From Anaeromyxobacteraceae bacterium (lineage in GTDB: Bacteria; Myxococcota; Myxococcia; Myxococcales; Anaeromyxobacteraceae): 64,000 nt of DNA. Every line of letters begins with the position of its first letter. Position 1 is the first letter of the stretch. The stretch lies in the NCBI GenBank assembly GCA_047602405.1, contig JASGHJ010000002.1:1216001-1280000 (forward strand). Reading direction: 5' to 3'. The notes beneath the pieces were generated by a model that worked only from the letters and a program-made list of their open reading frames with translations, was not told where the DNA came from and made no database searches. The translations under genes and the position numbers were made by a program. Below are positions 1 through 11,373 of this stretch, piece after piece.

Positions 1-1175
1 TCGGCGTCGCCCACGTCGAACGCGATCTCGTTGAACCCGGGCGCCGAGAAGATCGGCTTCACGCCGACCTTCGCCATCGCGTCCTTCAGCAGGCGCGCCC
101 GCGCGAAGTTGACCTTCGCGAGCTGGGCGAGCCCCTGCTTGCCGAGGAGCGACAGGTGGATCGTCGCGGCGAGCGCGCAGAGGCCCGCGTTCGTGCAGAC
201 GTTCGAGGTCGCCTTCTCGCGGCGGATGTGCTGCTCGCGCGTCGAGAGGGTCAGGACGAAGCCGCGCCGGCCCAGCTTGTCGACGGTGGCGCCGGCGACG
301 CGGCCGGGCAGCTGGCGGAGGTGCTCCTCGCGCGCGGCGAAGAAGCCGGGCGCGGGGCCGCCGAACTGGACCGGGTTGCCGAAGCTCTGGAACGTGCCGA
401 CGGCCACGTCGGCGCCGAGGGCGCCCGGGGCCTGGAGCGCGCCGAGCGCGACGGCCTCGCTGGTGACCGAGACGGTGAGCGCGCCGGCCTTCTTCGCGAT
501 GGCGGCGGCCTCGGGGAGCGCGTCGACGACGCCGGTGAAGGCCGGGTAGCCGACGATCACCGCGGCGGTGTCCGCGTCGACCGCCTTCTCGAGCGCGGCG
601 AGGTCGGTGCGCCCGTCGGCGCCGAAGGGCACCTCGACGATGGTGGTGTGGCCCGCGCGCAGGTAGGTCGCGAGGACCTTCACGTACTCGGGGTGGACCG
701 CGGCGGAGACGACGATCTTCTTCCGGCCGGTGAGGCGGCGCGCCATGAGCGCGGCCTCGGCCATCGCGGACGCGCCGTCGTAGAGCGACGCGTTCGAGAC
801 GTCCATCCCGGTGAGCAGGCAGACGTAGGTCTGCCACTCGAAGAGCGCCTGCAGCGTGCCCTGCGAGATCTCCGGCTGGTACGGCGTGTAGGCCGTGAAG
901 AACTCGCCGCGGAGCAGGAGCTGGTCCACCACCGGCGGCACGTGGTGCGGGTAGGCCCCGGCGCCGGCGAAGGGCGGGTGGGCCGCCACGTTCTTCGCCG
1001 CGAGCCGCTGGAACTCGGCGAAGAGGGAGACCTCGTCGAGGGCGGGCGGGAGGTCGAGCGGCCGGTTCAGCCGCAGGCGCTCGGGGATCGAGCGGAACAG
1101 GTCGTCGAGGCTCGTCGCCCCGGTGGCGTCGAGCATCGCCCGGATGTCCTCGGGCGTGTGGGGATGGTAGCGCAA
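1..1175 (-). CDS. gcvPA: Glycine dehydrogenase (decarboxylating) subunit 1, 3' end beyond window
   Basis: Not in the ORF track. Manual translation from TTG at 1175 gives [19 protein letters not shown], later [23 protein letters not shown] and [17 protein letters not shown]. Follows gcvT-gcvH. Confidence 0.95.
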   Translation of the reverse strand, partial: MRYHPHTPEDIRAMLDATGATSLDDLFRSIPERLRLNRPLDLPPALDEVSLFAEFQRLAAKNVAAHPPFAGAGAYPHHVPPVVDQLLLRGEFFTAYTPYQPEISQGTLQALFEWQTYVCLLTGMDVSNASLYDGASAMAEAALMARRLTGRKKIVVSAAVHPEYVKVLATYLRAGHTTIVEVPFGADGRTDLAALEKAVDADTAAVIVGYPAFTGVVDALPEAAAIAKKAGALTVSVTSEAVALGALQAPGALGADVAVGTFQSFGNPVQFGGPAPGFFAAREEHLRQLPGRVAGATVDKLGRRGFVLTLSTREQHIRREKATSNVCTNAGLCALAATIHLSLLGKQGLAQLAKVNFARARLLKDAMAKVGVKPIFSAPGFNEIAFDVGDA

Positions 1176-1179
1176 GGAC

Positions 1180-1566
1180 TTACTCCTGCTCCTCGACGAA
1201 CTCGCGGTAGGTCTTCGCGTCCATGAGGGCGTCGGCCTCGGACGCGTCGGTCGGCTCGATGACGATCATCCAGCCCTCCTCGTACGGGTCCGAGTTGATG
1301 GTCTCGGGCGCGTCGGTGAGGGGGTCGTTGACCTCGACGACCTTGCCGCTGACGGGGGCGAACAGCTCGGAGACGGCCTTCGTCGACTCGACGACGCCGA
1401 ACGACTCACCCTTCTTCACGGCGTCGCCCACGGCGGGCAGCTCGACGAACACCACGTCGCCCAGGGAGTCCTGCGCGAAGTCGGTGATGCCGACGACGAG
1501 GTTCGAGCCCTTCTTCCTCGTCCACTCGTGCTCGCGCGTGTAACGGAGGTCCTCGGGGAAGTCCAT
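1180..1566 (-). CDS. gcvH: Glycine cleavage system H protein
   Basis: [27 protein letters not shown], lipoyl-lysine motif [26 protein letters not shown]. Confidence 0.97.
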   Translation of the reverse strand: MDFPEDLRYTREHEWTRKKGSNLVVGITDFAQDSLGDVVFVELPAVGDAVKKGESFGVVESTKAVSELFAPVSGKVVEVNDPLTDAPETINSDPYEEGWMIVIEPTDASEADALMDAKTYREFVEEQE

Positions 1567-1642
1567 GTTCGTCTCCAGGCGGTTCGTTGAGAGGCGGGCG
1601 TCCGGATGCAGCGCCCCCGTTGATCGAAGCTCGGTGATCGGA

Positions 1643-2725
<1,083 letters not shown>

Positions 2726-2806
2726 GGCGGCAGTTGCCTCGGGGCCTGCGTGCAGCGTCGGGGGGCCGGGCTGCGGTTGGGTGCGGCTGGGTCGGAAGGC
2801 GGGCGG

Positions 2807-2834
2807 ATTCTACTTCTGCGGACCCCCCGGTCAA
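2807..2834 (-). promoter_or_regulatory. sigma70-type promoter of the gcv operon
   Basis: TTGACC-N16-TAGAAT on the minus strand about 80 nt upstream of gcvT. Confidence 0.6.
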
Positions 2835-2954
2835 GGTGTGCCGGCGGGCCAGGCTGGCCCTCCCGTTACAGGCGAGAGCCCCCGGATTCAAGCGATAAAA
2901 CGGGCGCTTCAGCCGTGTGCCGTGATCACGGTGCGTCCCGGGCCGCCGGATCGC

Positions 2955-4118
2955 TCAGGGGGCGGCGCAGGTGGACGGTTCGCAGCGCCCCGGCCCGGCC
3001 GCCGCGCAGCAGTACAGGGGCTCCCCGCGCTCCGACTCGAACCGGTAGCGCCACCCCGCGGGCGATGCCTCGAGCACGCCGTACCCCCAGTGAACCGTCC
3101 CGAACAGCCGCCGGGTCCCGGCCGGCGCCGGATCCCCGAACCGCTCGAGCGTGCGGCCGCGTGCGCCGGCGCCGGAGACGAAGACGTCCAGCCCGGACGG
3201 GGCGCGCAGGTGCTGGAGGTCGTGGTCGTGACCGCCGAGCCACGCTCGGATCCGCCCCTGCCCGGCAGCGAGGAGCGCCGCCACGCGCTCCTGGTAGCGC
3301 GCGCCCGCGGCCTCGCCCGCGTGGCTGCCCGCCGTGGCGGCCGGGTGGTGGCCGAGGAGGAAGCACCACGGCTTCGCGCACCCGCCCGGCTCCGCCTCGC
3401 ACGCGTCGGCCCGGCAGCCGGGCGCCTCGGCGGCGACGAACGCCACCTCGTCCTCGAACCGGAAGCCTCCGTAGTCGGTCTCGAGGAGATTCGTGTCCAC
3501 GAAGAGGAACCGCGCCGAGCCGTGGCCGGCGGCGTGGTGGCGGCCGGGCAGGTTCCAGACCGCGGTCCGGCGCGCGACGGCGAGGCAGGCCTTCGTGCGC
3601 GCCTCGGCGCGGCGATCGGCGGTCCTGCCGCACCCGCCGGAGGTCGCGACGTCGTGGTTGCCGAGCCCGAGGAGGAAGGTGGCCGGAGAGGGCGCCCGCG
3701 CGAGCGGGGCGAGCGGCGCCTCGAGGCGGGCGAACGCCGGGTCGTCGGGCGGCGCGTAGCCCGGGGCGACGGTGGCGTCGTCGGGGGCGAAGGCGCACGC
3801 CGCGGCGCCGGGGAGGGTGGCGTCCGGGCCGCAGTCGTACACGAGGTCGCCCGGGACGAGCGCCACGTCGAACGGGGCGCGGGCGTGGGCGGCGGCGACG
3901 CCCTCCGCCGTGGCGTCCTGCTGGCAGCCGGTCTTCCCGAAGTCGGCGAGGTGGAGCGCCCGCACGTCCGGGGCGCCGAGCGGCGGCGCCTCGCCGGGGT
4001 GGAGCGCCTCGCCGCTGCGGACCGTGAACTCCGGGGAGGCGCAGCAGGCGGCGAGCCCCGCCAGCGCCGCGGCCACCGCGAGCGCGGCGGGCCCGCCGGC
4101 GCCGGCGGCCAGCCTCAC
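2955..4118 (-). CDS. Lipoprotein metallophosphoesterase, purple acid phosphatase-like
   Basis: GTG at 4118 overlaps the folD stop; lipobox LAAC; motifs ADFG, GDLVYD, GNHD, GHH, GHDH. Confidence 0.85.
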   Translation of the reverse strand: MRLAAGAGGPAALAVAAALAGLAACCASPEFTVRSGEALHPGEAPPLGAPDVRALHLADFGKTGCQQDATAEGVAAAHARAPFDVALVPGDLVYDCGPDATLPGAAACAFAPDDATVAPGYAPPDDPAFARLEAPLAPLARAPSPATFLLGLGNHDVATSGGCGRTADRRAEARTKACLAVARRTAVWNLPGRHHAAGHGSARFLFVDTNLLETDYGGFRFEDEVAFVAAEAPGCRADACEAEPGGCAKPWCFLLGHHPAATAGSHAGEAAGARYQERVAALLAAGQGRIRAWLGGHDHDLQHLRAPSGLDVFVSGAGARGRTLERFGDPAPAGTRRLFGTVHWGYGVLEASPAGWRYRFESERGEPLYCCAAAGPGRCEPSTCAAP

Positions 4119-4960
4119 GCGGCGCCCTTCGCCGCGAGGTCGAGCGTGTTCACGAGGAGCATGGCGCGGGTCATGAGGCCGACGCCGCCCGGCACGGGCG
4201 AGATGGCGGCGGCCCGCTTCGAGGCCTCGGCGAACTCGACGTCGCCGACGAGCTTCCCGTCGGCGCGCTTGTTCATGCCGACGTCGATGACGACGGCGCC
4301 CGGCTTGATCCAGGCGCCCTTCACGAGCTCGGCCTTGCCGATCGCGGCCACGACGATGTCGGCGCGGCCGACCTCGCCCGGGAGGTCCTCGGTGCGGGAG
4401 TGGGCGATCGTCACCGTGGCGTGGCGCTCGAGGAGCATCGCCGCCATGGGCTTCCCGACGATGTTCGAGCGGCCGATCACGATGGCGCGCTTGCCCTTCG
4501 GATCGACCTTCGCCTCCTCCAGCATCCGCATCACGCCCGCCGGCGTGCAGGGGCGGGGGACGCCGGGGATGCCGATGGAGAGCGCCCCGACGTTGAAGGG
4601 GTGGAAGCCGTCGGCGTCCTTCGCGGGCGAGATGGCGTCGAGCACCGCGCGCTCGTCGAGCCCCTTCGGCAGCGGGAGCTGGACGAGGATGCCGTGAACG
4701 GAGGGATCGGCGTTCAGCCGGTGGACGAGCGAGAGGAGCTCCGCCTGCGTGGTCGTGGCCGCGAGGTGGTGCTCCACCGAGTGGATCCCGACCTCCTCGC
4801 AGTCCCGCCGCTTGCCGCGGACGTAGACCTCGGACGCCGGGTCGTCGCCCACGCGCACCACCGTGAGGCCGGGCGAGATGCCGCGGGCCTTCATCGCCTT
4901 CACCCGCTCCGCGACCTCGGCGCGCACCTTCGCCGCGATGATCTTGCCGTCGATGATCAT
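4115..4960 (-). CDS. folD: Methylenetetrahydrofolate dehydrogenase/cyclohydrolase
   Basis: [46 protein letters not shown]. Confidence 0.97.
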   Translation of the reverse strand: MIIDGKIIAAKVRAEVAERVKAMKARGISPGLTVVRVGDDPASEVYVRGKRRDCEEVGIHSVEHHLAATTTQAELLSLVHRLNADPSVHGILVQLPLPKGLDERAVLDAISPAKDADGFHPFNVGALSIGIPGVPRPCTPAGVMRMLEEAKVDPKGKRAIVIGRSNIVGKPMAAMLLERHATVTIAHSRTEDLPGEVGRADIVVAAIGKAELVKGAWIKPGAVVIDVGMNKRADGKLVGDVEFAEASKRAAAISPVPGGVGLMTRAMLLVNTLDLAAKGAA

Positions 4961-5056
4961 GAGGCGGTGGAGTATACCGGCGGCGCGGCGCGGCGGGACC
5001 GGCTAACATCGGTGGCGTTCCTCGAGCAGTCCGACCCGCGCCCGGAGGAGACCCCG

Positions 5057-5527
5057 ATGGACCACACCTGCCCGAACCCGCGCGGCGACCGTCCCTGCGG
5101 CACGCCCCTCGACGAGGCCGGCGCCTGCGTCACCTGCGCCGCCGAGGGCGAGGGGCTGAAGCTCCTGCGCCGCGAGCAGTTCTCCCGAATCCGCGAGCTC
5201 CACACGCTCCTCGAGGAGCGCGGCCTCGCGCCCGAGATGGAGCGCGTGCCGGCCGCGACGCCGGAGCAGCGCGCGCAGCCGCTCTGGAACCTCTACGTGC
5301 CGGCCGGTGAGGTCGAGGCCGCCGCCGAGGCGCTCGGGAGCGACTGGGTGAACCTGCTCGGCGACCCGGAGGCGGTGGAGGCCGCCGCCCGCGGCGAGGC
5401 CGGCATCGCCCTCGACGCCGAGGCGGACGTGACCTGCCCGGCCTGCGGGCACGTCTTCCGGCTCGCGCCGGGCGCCACCGACTGCCCGGACTGCGGCCTC
5501 TCCCTCGGCGTCCCCGAAGCCCCGTAA
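5057..5527 (+). CDS. Hypothetical zinc-ribbon protein (156 aa)
   Basis: GGAGG SD before ATG 5057; Cys clusters at both ends (C..C..CxxC; CPAC..CPDC). Confidence 0.75.
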   Translation: MDHTCPNPRGDRPCGTPLDEAGACVTCAAEGEGLKLLRREQFSRIRELHTLLEERGLAPEMERVPAATPEQRAQPLWNLYVPAGEVEAAAEALGSDWVNLLGDPEAVEAAARGEAGIALDAEADVTCPACGHVFRLAPGATDCPDCGLSLGVPEAP

Positions 5528-5541
5528 GCGAGGGAGAACCC

Positions 5542-6546
5542 TTGGCCCGCGAGCTCAGCGACCTCCACATCCACGTCGGCGGCGCCGTGGCGCCCCATGT
5601 GCTCTGGTCCATCGCCCACGACCAGGGCTTCAAGCTGCCGGTCGCCGACTACTGGGAGTTCAAGGAGCTCATCTCGGCCCGGCCCGGCAAGGTCGGCTCG
5701 CTCGACGAGTACCTCGCGGTCCTGCACCAGTGGACGGAGCGCATCCAGTCCTCGCCGCAGGCGATGGAGCGGAGCGTCTACGAGGTCATCGGGAAGGAGT
5801 ACCGCTCCTCCCGCGTCTCGCTCATCGAGCTGCGCTTCAACCCGATGAAGCGCAACGTCGGCGGCGAGCGCGACCTCGACCACATCATCCACGCCGCCCT
5901 GCGCGGCATGGACCGCGCCGTGCTCGAGTACGGCGTGCGCGCGGGCCTGCTCTTCTGCCTCGCCCGCGAGTTCGACGTGAAGCTCAACGAGATCATCGTC
6001 GAGAAGGCCATCAAGTACCGCCGCCGCGGCGTCGTCGGCATCGACCTCGCGGGCACCGAGAAGAACGCGCTCGAGACGCAGCCGAAGGAGCTCGCCCGCT
6101 ACCGCGCGCTCTTCGAGCGCGCCCGCGCCGCGGGGCTCAAGACCACCGTCCACACCGGCGAGACCGCCGGCACCGGCCCCGAGGGCGTGCGCGCCGTCGT
6201 GGAGGTGCTCGAGCCGAACCGCATCGGCCACGGCATCGCCGCCGCGCAGGACGAGCGGGTGATGGACCTGCTGCGCGAGCGCGGCATCGTGCTCGAGATC
6301 TGCCCGAGCTCGAACCTCGCCACCCGCGCCGTCGCCTCGCTCGAGGAGCTCGGCGGCATCCTGACGAAGTTCTGGGACCGCGGCGTCCGCTTCACGCTCA
6401 ACACCGACGGCCCGTACCTCCTCGACACGAGCATGCGCAGCGAGGTCCGCATGATCCGCGAGGCCGGCGTGCTCGCCGACGAGCAGGTCGACCAGGCCAT
6501 CGCCTGGGCCCGCGAGGCGACGTTCGTGCCGGACGGGGGATACTGA
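5542..6546 (+). CDS. Adenosine deaminase family amidohydrolase
   Basis: DLHIH, ELRFNP, VVGIDLAG, TVHTGE, RIGHG, EICPSSN, NTDG. Confidence 0.9.
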   Translation: MARELSDLHIHVGGAVAPHVLWSIAHDQGFKLPVADYWEFKELISARPGKVGSLDEYLAVLHQWTERIQSSPQAMERSVYEVIGKEYRSSRVSLIELRFNPMKRNVGGERDLDHIIHAALRGMDRAVLEYGVRAGLLFCLAREFDVKLNEIIVEKAIKYRRRGVVGIDLAGTEKNALETQPKELARYRALFERARAAGLKTTVHTGETAGTGPEGVRAVVEVLEPNRIGHGIAAAQDERVMDLLRERGIVLEICPSSNLATRAVASLEELGGILTKFWDRGVRFTLNTDGPYLLDTSMRSEVRMIREAGVLADEQVDQAIAWAREATFVPDGGY

Positions 6547-6967
6547 GTTGCCAGGGAGCTCGGCGCGCTCCACCCCGGCGGCGACCCCGACCCGTGCGCC
6601 CCGAGCGTAGGGCCGCGCAGCGGCCCGGAGACGAGGGGCGGGGCTCGGCGGGTTGACGAAACGTGAACAGCGCTGCGGTGCTGTTCGGGACGAACCGTGA
6701 AACCGAGGAACGACGAGGGGGTGGCCGCCGATATGCGGTTTCCCTGCCAGCAGGGAGACATGCCCCGACCGAAGCCCCTCCTTGGAGTTTGGTTCAGCCG
6801 GCTGAACTGGCGAATTTCGCCGCGCAAGCTCCTGCCAGGCCTCGGGATTGTCCCCCCCCCGCGTTCGGGAGCCGCGGGCGAACGCCGCCCGTCGCTTCGG
6901 CCGCCGCGCTGAGCGTCGGCCTCCACTTTCCGTAAGATTCCCGGCGTCCCCGCCGCCAGGAGCGTCC

Positions 6968-7105
6968 GTGATCCGCGACCCCGCGAAGGAAACGGCCGAG
7001 ATGCTCGCCGTCGCGCTCGCCTTCGAGCGCAGCTGGGGCTGGGTGCGCCTCGCGGTGATCGCGGTCGGCTTGACGGGCTGGCTTTGGTGGCTCGCGGCGC
7101 GCTGA
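6968..7105 (+). CDS. Small membrane protein (45 aa)
   Basis: GGAG SD then GTG; MIRDPAKETAEMLAVALAFERSWGWVRLAVIAVGLTGWLWWLAAR; -10-like TAAGAT at 6933-6938. Confidence 0.55.
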   Translation: MIRDPAKETAEMLAVALAFERSWGWVRLAVIAVGLTGWLWWLAAR

Positions 7106-7227
7106 CCCTCCCGCCCGCGTCCCTCCCGTAGCACCCGGGTCCTCGCCGGGCAGTCGCCAGGGCAGCCGGGCGTACGAACCATCGGTGTGCAGGCGCCCAC
7201 CCGGTGACCCGCGCGCCGAGGTACCGC

Positions 7228-8725
7228 ATGTCGAGCCCCGCCCAGGATCCGCGCACCCTCACGCCGGCCCTCCCGCCGCCGCGGCTCGTGCTCGCGGGCG
7301 AGCTCGTCGAGCCCGCCGACGGCGGCCTCCTCCCGGTCGTGAACCCCGCGACGGGCGCGCACCTGTGCGACGCGCCCGCGGCGGGCTCGCGCGACGTGGA
7401 CGCGGCGGTGCGCGCGGCGCGGCGCGCGTTCGAGGCGGGCCCGTGGCGCACCATGGGTCCCCGCGCGCGCGGCGCGCTCCTGCGCAAGCTCGCGGAGGCG
7501 CTGCAGGCCCGGCGGGAGGCCTTCGCGCTCGTCGAGTCGCTCGAGAACGGGAAGACCTTCGGCGAGGCGATCCGCGGGGACGTGGCCCCGGGGGCGGCGA
7601 CGCTGGCGTGGTGGTCGGAGGTGCCCGGGCGCATCCTCGGCGAGGTGCTGCCGGTCGAGGGGCCGTTCCAGGCGCTCTCGCTGCGGGAGCCGCTCGGCGT
7701 GGTCGCCGCGATCGTGCCCTGGAACTACCCGACCTGCCTCGCCTGCTGGAAGCTCGGCCCGGCGCTCGCGGCGGGGAACACCGTGGTCCTCAAGCCGTCG
7801 GAGCTGACGCCGCTCACCGCGCTCATGCTCGGCGCGCTCGCGCTCGAGGTCGGCTTCCCGCCCGGCGTCCTGAACGTGCTGCCCGGGCTCGGCGAGGTGG
7901 CCGGCGAGGCGCTGGCGCGCCACCCCGACGTGGACAAGGTCGCGTTCACCGGGTCGATCCGGACCGCGCGGCGGCTCCTCGCGGCGTCGGGCGAGACCAA
8001 CCTCAAGAAGCTCTCGCTCGAGCTCGGCGGGAAGAGCCCGCAGCTCGTCTTCGCCGACGCGGACCTCGAGGCCGCGGCCGAGGCGTGCACCTGGGGCGTG
8101 TTCGGCAACAAGGGCGAGATCTGCAACGCCGGCTCGCGCGTGCTCGTGGAGGCACCGGCCTACGACGCCTTCGTCGAGGCGCTCGCCGCGCGGGCCCGGC
8201 GGCTCGTGGTCGGCAATCCCCTCGAATCCCGCCACCGAGGTGGGCGCGCTCGTGTCGGCCCGCCAGCGCGAGGCGGTGCTGGGCTGGGTGGCGCGCGGCC
8301 GCGAGGAGGGCGCCCGGCTCGTCGAGGGCGGGGGCCGCGTCGTCGACGGCGCGCTCGCCCGCGGCAACTTCGTGCGCCCGGCCGTGTTCGCGGACGTCGC
8401 GCCCGGCGCGGCCATCGCGCAGGAGGAGATCTTCGGCCCGGTGGTGGCCTGCCTCCGCTTCGAGCGGGAGGACGAGGCGGTCGCGCTCGCCAACGGCACC
8501 CGCTACGGGCTCGCGGCCGCGCTCTGGACGGCCGACGTCGCCCGCGCCCAATCCCTCGCGCGGCGCCTGCAGGCCGGGGTGGTCTGGATCAACTGCTTCA
8601 ACGCGTTCGACGACGCCGCGCCGTTCGGCGGCGTGAAGCAGTCGGGCTGGGGCCGCGACCTCTCGCACCACGCGCTCGAGGGTTACCTCTCGCACAAGGC
8701 CGTGTGGACCCGGCTCCCGGAGTGA
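7228..8725 (+). CDS. Aldehyde dehydrogenase (PuuC-like), +1 frameshift at GAATC 8224-8228
   Basis: IVPWNYP, LKPSELTP, FTGS, LELGGKSP, GEICNAGSR, then EEIFGPV and PFGGVKQSGWGR in the next frame. Removing one A restores GNPLDPATEVGALVS. Span is 3n+1. Confidence 0.9.
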
Positions 8726-8727
8726 CC

Positions 8728-10152
8728 ATGCCCCCGCCCGTCGAACAGGCCATCTCCGATCGCGCCGGCGCCCCGCCGGCGGCCGACCCCGCGCCCGCGT
8801 CCGAGGCCACGCGCCTCGAGGCCTGGCTCGCCGAGCGGGGCATCGCCCACGCGAAGCTCGGCGCCTTCGACGTGGACGGCGTGTGGCGCGGCAAGTACGT
8901 CTCGATCGAGAAGCTCCTGTCGTCCGTGAAGGGCGGGCTCGGCTTCTGCGACGTGGTCTTCGGCTGGGACCTCTCGGACCAGCTCTACGACAACGCGCGG
9001 CTCACCGGGTGGCACACGGGCTACCCCGACGCGCAGGCCGTGGTGGACACCTCGACGGCGCGGGTCATCCCCTGGGAGCCCGACACCGCGGCGTTCGTCC
9101 TCGACTTCGTGCGGCCCGACGGCGAGCCGCTCGAGGCCTCCCCGCGCCAGCTGCTGCGGCGCGTGGGACGTCGGGCGCGGGCGCTCGGGTTCCTCCCGCG
9201 GGTGGGCGCGGAGTTCGAGTACTTCGTCTTCCGGGAGACGCCCGCCACGCTGCGGCAGAAGGGCTTCCGGGAGCTCGAGCCCTTGTCGCCCGGGATGTTC
9301 GGCTACTCCTGGCTGCGCACCTCCGCGAACGCCGACCTCGTGCACGCCATCGTGGACGGGTGCAACGCGTTCGGCGTGCCGGTCGAGGGCATGCACACCG
9401 AGACCGGCCCCGGCGTGTACGAGACCGCCATCCGCTACGGCGACCTCGAGCTCGCGGCGGACCGGGCCGCGCTCTTCAAGACCGCCGTGAAGGAGCTCTG
9501 CGCCCGCCGCCAGCTCACCGCCTGCTTCATGGCGAAGTGGAGCCCGTCCTTGCCCGGCTGCTCCGGGCACCTCCACGTCTCGCTCTGGAGCCTCGACGGG
9601 GCGCGGAACGCGTTCTTCGACCCCGCCGCCCCGCGGGAGGCGAGCGAGACCCTCCGCCACTTCGTCGGCGGGCAGCTCACGCTCATGCCGGAGCTGACCG
9701 CGCTCTCGTGGCCGACGGTCAACAGCTACAAGCGCAGCGTCGAGCACACCTGGGCCCCGACCACCGCGACGTGGGGCTTCGAGAACCGCACCTGCGCGCT
9801 CCGCGTGATCGGCGGCGGCGCGAAGGGCACGCGCGTGGAGGTCCGCCAGCCCGGCGCCGACGCGAACCCCTACCTCTCGATGGCCGCCGCCCTCGCGGCC
9901 GGGCTGTGGGGCGTCGAGCACCGGGTCGAGCCGCCGGCGCCCTGCGCGGGCAACGGGTACGCGGAGGCGGCCGCGCCGCTCCCCCGGAACCTGCGCGACG
10001 CCACCGCGCTGCTCGCCGGCTCGGCGCGCGCCCGCGAGCTCCTCGGCGAGGCCTTCGTGGACCACTTCGTCCGGACCCGCGAGTGGGAGGTCCGGCAGCA
10101 CGAGCGCGCGGTGACGAGCTGGGAGCTCGAGCGGTACCTCGAGCTCGTCTGA
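8728..10152 (+). CDS. Glutamine synthetase family protein (gamma-glutamyl-amine ligase, PuuA-like)
   Basis: DVDGVWRGK, GYPD, GAEFEYF, HTETGPGVYE, FMAK, GCSGHLHVS, TWGFENRTCALRV, EVRQPGADANPY. Confidence 0.9.
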   Translation: MPPPVEQAISDRAGAPPAADPAPASEATRLEAWLAERGIAHAKLGAFDVDGVWRGKYVSIEKLLSSVKGGLGFCDVVFGWDLSDQLYDNARLTGWHTGYPDAQAVVDTSTARVIPWEPDTAAFVLDFVRPDGEPLEASPRQLLRRVGRRARALGFLPRVGAEFEYFVFRETPATLRQKGFRELEPLSPGMFGYSWLRTSANADLVHAIVDGCNAFGVPVEGMHTETGPGVYETAIRYGDLELAADRAALFKTAVKELCARRQLTACFMAKWSPSLPGCSGHLHVSLWSLDGARNAFFDPAAPREASETLRHFVGGQLTLMPELTALSWPTVNSYKRSVEHTWAPTTATWGFENRTCALRVIGGGAKGTRVEVRQPGADANPYLSMAAALAAGLWGVEHRVEPPAPCAGNGYAEAAAPLPRNLRDATALLAGSARARELLGEAFVDHFVRTREWEVRQHERAVTSWELERYLELV

Positions 10153-10162
10153 GGAGGCGGCG

Positions 10163-11348
10163 ATGGAGCACTTCGACCTGCCCGCGGCGCCGGGCGTGAC
10201 CGAGCTCTCGTGGCCGACGCGGGTGACCCTCGGGCCGGGGGCCCTCGCGCGCCTGCCGGCCGTGCTCGCCCGCGCCGGGATCCGCCGGCCGCTCGTGGTC
10301 TGCGACCCCGGGGTCGCGCGCGCCGGCCTCGCGGGGCGCGTGCACCGGCTCCTCGAGGAGGCGGACCTGCGCGCCGCCCGGTTCGAGGAGGTGTCGGCGA
10401 ACCCGACCGACCGCGACGCCGACGCCGGCCTCGAGGCCTACCGGCGCGGGGCGTGCGACGGGATCGTCGCGCTCGGCGGCGGCAGCGCCATCGACGCCGG
10501 CAAGCTCGTGCAGCTCCTCGTGCACCACCCGCCGCCGCTCTCCCGCTACGACGACGCCGCCGGGGGCGATCGCCTGATCACCGACGCGCTCCCGCCGCTC
10601 GTCGCGATCCCGACGACCGCGGGCACCGGCTCCGAGGTGGGCCGCTCGGCCGTGGTGACGCTCCCCGAGACCGGCCGGAAGACCGTCGTCTTCAGCCCGC
10701 ACCTCCTGCCGCGCGCGGCCGTCTGCGACCCCGAGCTCACGGTCGGCCTCCCGCCCCACGTCACCGCCGCGACGGGCATGGACGCGCTCACCCACTGCCT
10801 CGAGGCGTACGTCGCGAGGGGGTTCCACCCGCTCGCGGACGCCGTGGCGCTCGACGGCTTGCGCCGGGTCGCGCGCTCGCTCCCGATCGCCTTCCGCGCG
10901 CCCGCGGAGCTCGCCGCGCGCACCGACATGATGGTCGCCGCGATGGAGGGCGCGATGGCCTTCCAGAAGGGGCTCGGGGCCGCGCACGCGCTCGCCCACG
11001 CGCTCACGCCGGTCGCCGGGCTCCACCACGGCCTCGCGAACGCGATCGTGTTGCCCGCGGTGATGGCGTTCAACGCCGGGGCGGCGACCGCGCGGCTCGC
11101 GCGCGTCGCGATCGTCCTCGGCGAGCCCGAGGGAGGGGCGCCCGCGGCGCTCGCGGAGGCGGCGATCGACCGGGTGCGCCGGCTCGCCGCCGTGCTCGGC
11201 CTGCCCGCCCGGCTGCGCGACGCGGGCGTGCGCGAGGAGCAGCTGCCGGAGAATCGCGCACAAGGCGTTCGCGGACGCCTCGCACCTCGGGAACCCGCGC
11301 CCGTGCACCGAGGCCGACCTGCTCGGCCTCGCGCGCGACGCGTTCTGA
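10163..11348 (+). CDS. Iron-containing alcohol dehydrogenase, +1 frameshift at GAATC 11251-11255
   Basis: GGGSAIDAGK, IPTTAGTGSEV, GMDALTHCLE, HALAH, HHGLANA. Removing one A gives the typical end PEIAHKAFADASHLGNPRPC...DAF with stop at 11346-11348. Confidence 0.9.
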
Positions 11349-11373
11349 GGCGAGGCCCGCGGCGGGCGACGCG

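Noticed and set aside
2726..2954. Glycine riboswitch upstream of gcvT
   Set aside because: No recognisable aptamer motifs, and a promoter lies only about 80 nt from the start.
6824..6837. sigma54 promoter TGGCAGGAGCTTGC
   Set aside because: Spacing is GG-N9-GC rather than N10; kept only as a note within the ncRNA candidate.
7204..10152. 982-aa ALDH-glutamine synthetase fusion
   Set aside because: It results from the single-base insertion at 8224-8228. The ALDH C-terminus is intact in another frame with its own stop, and the GS gene has its own ATG.
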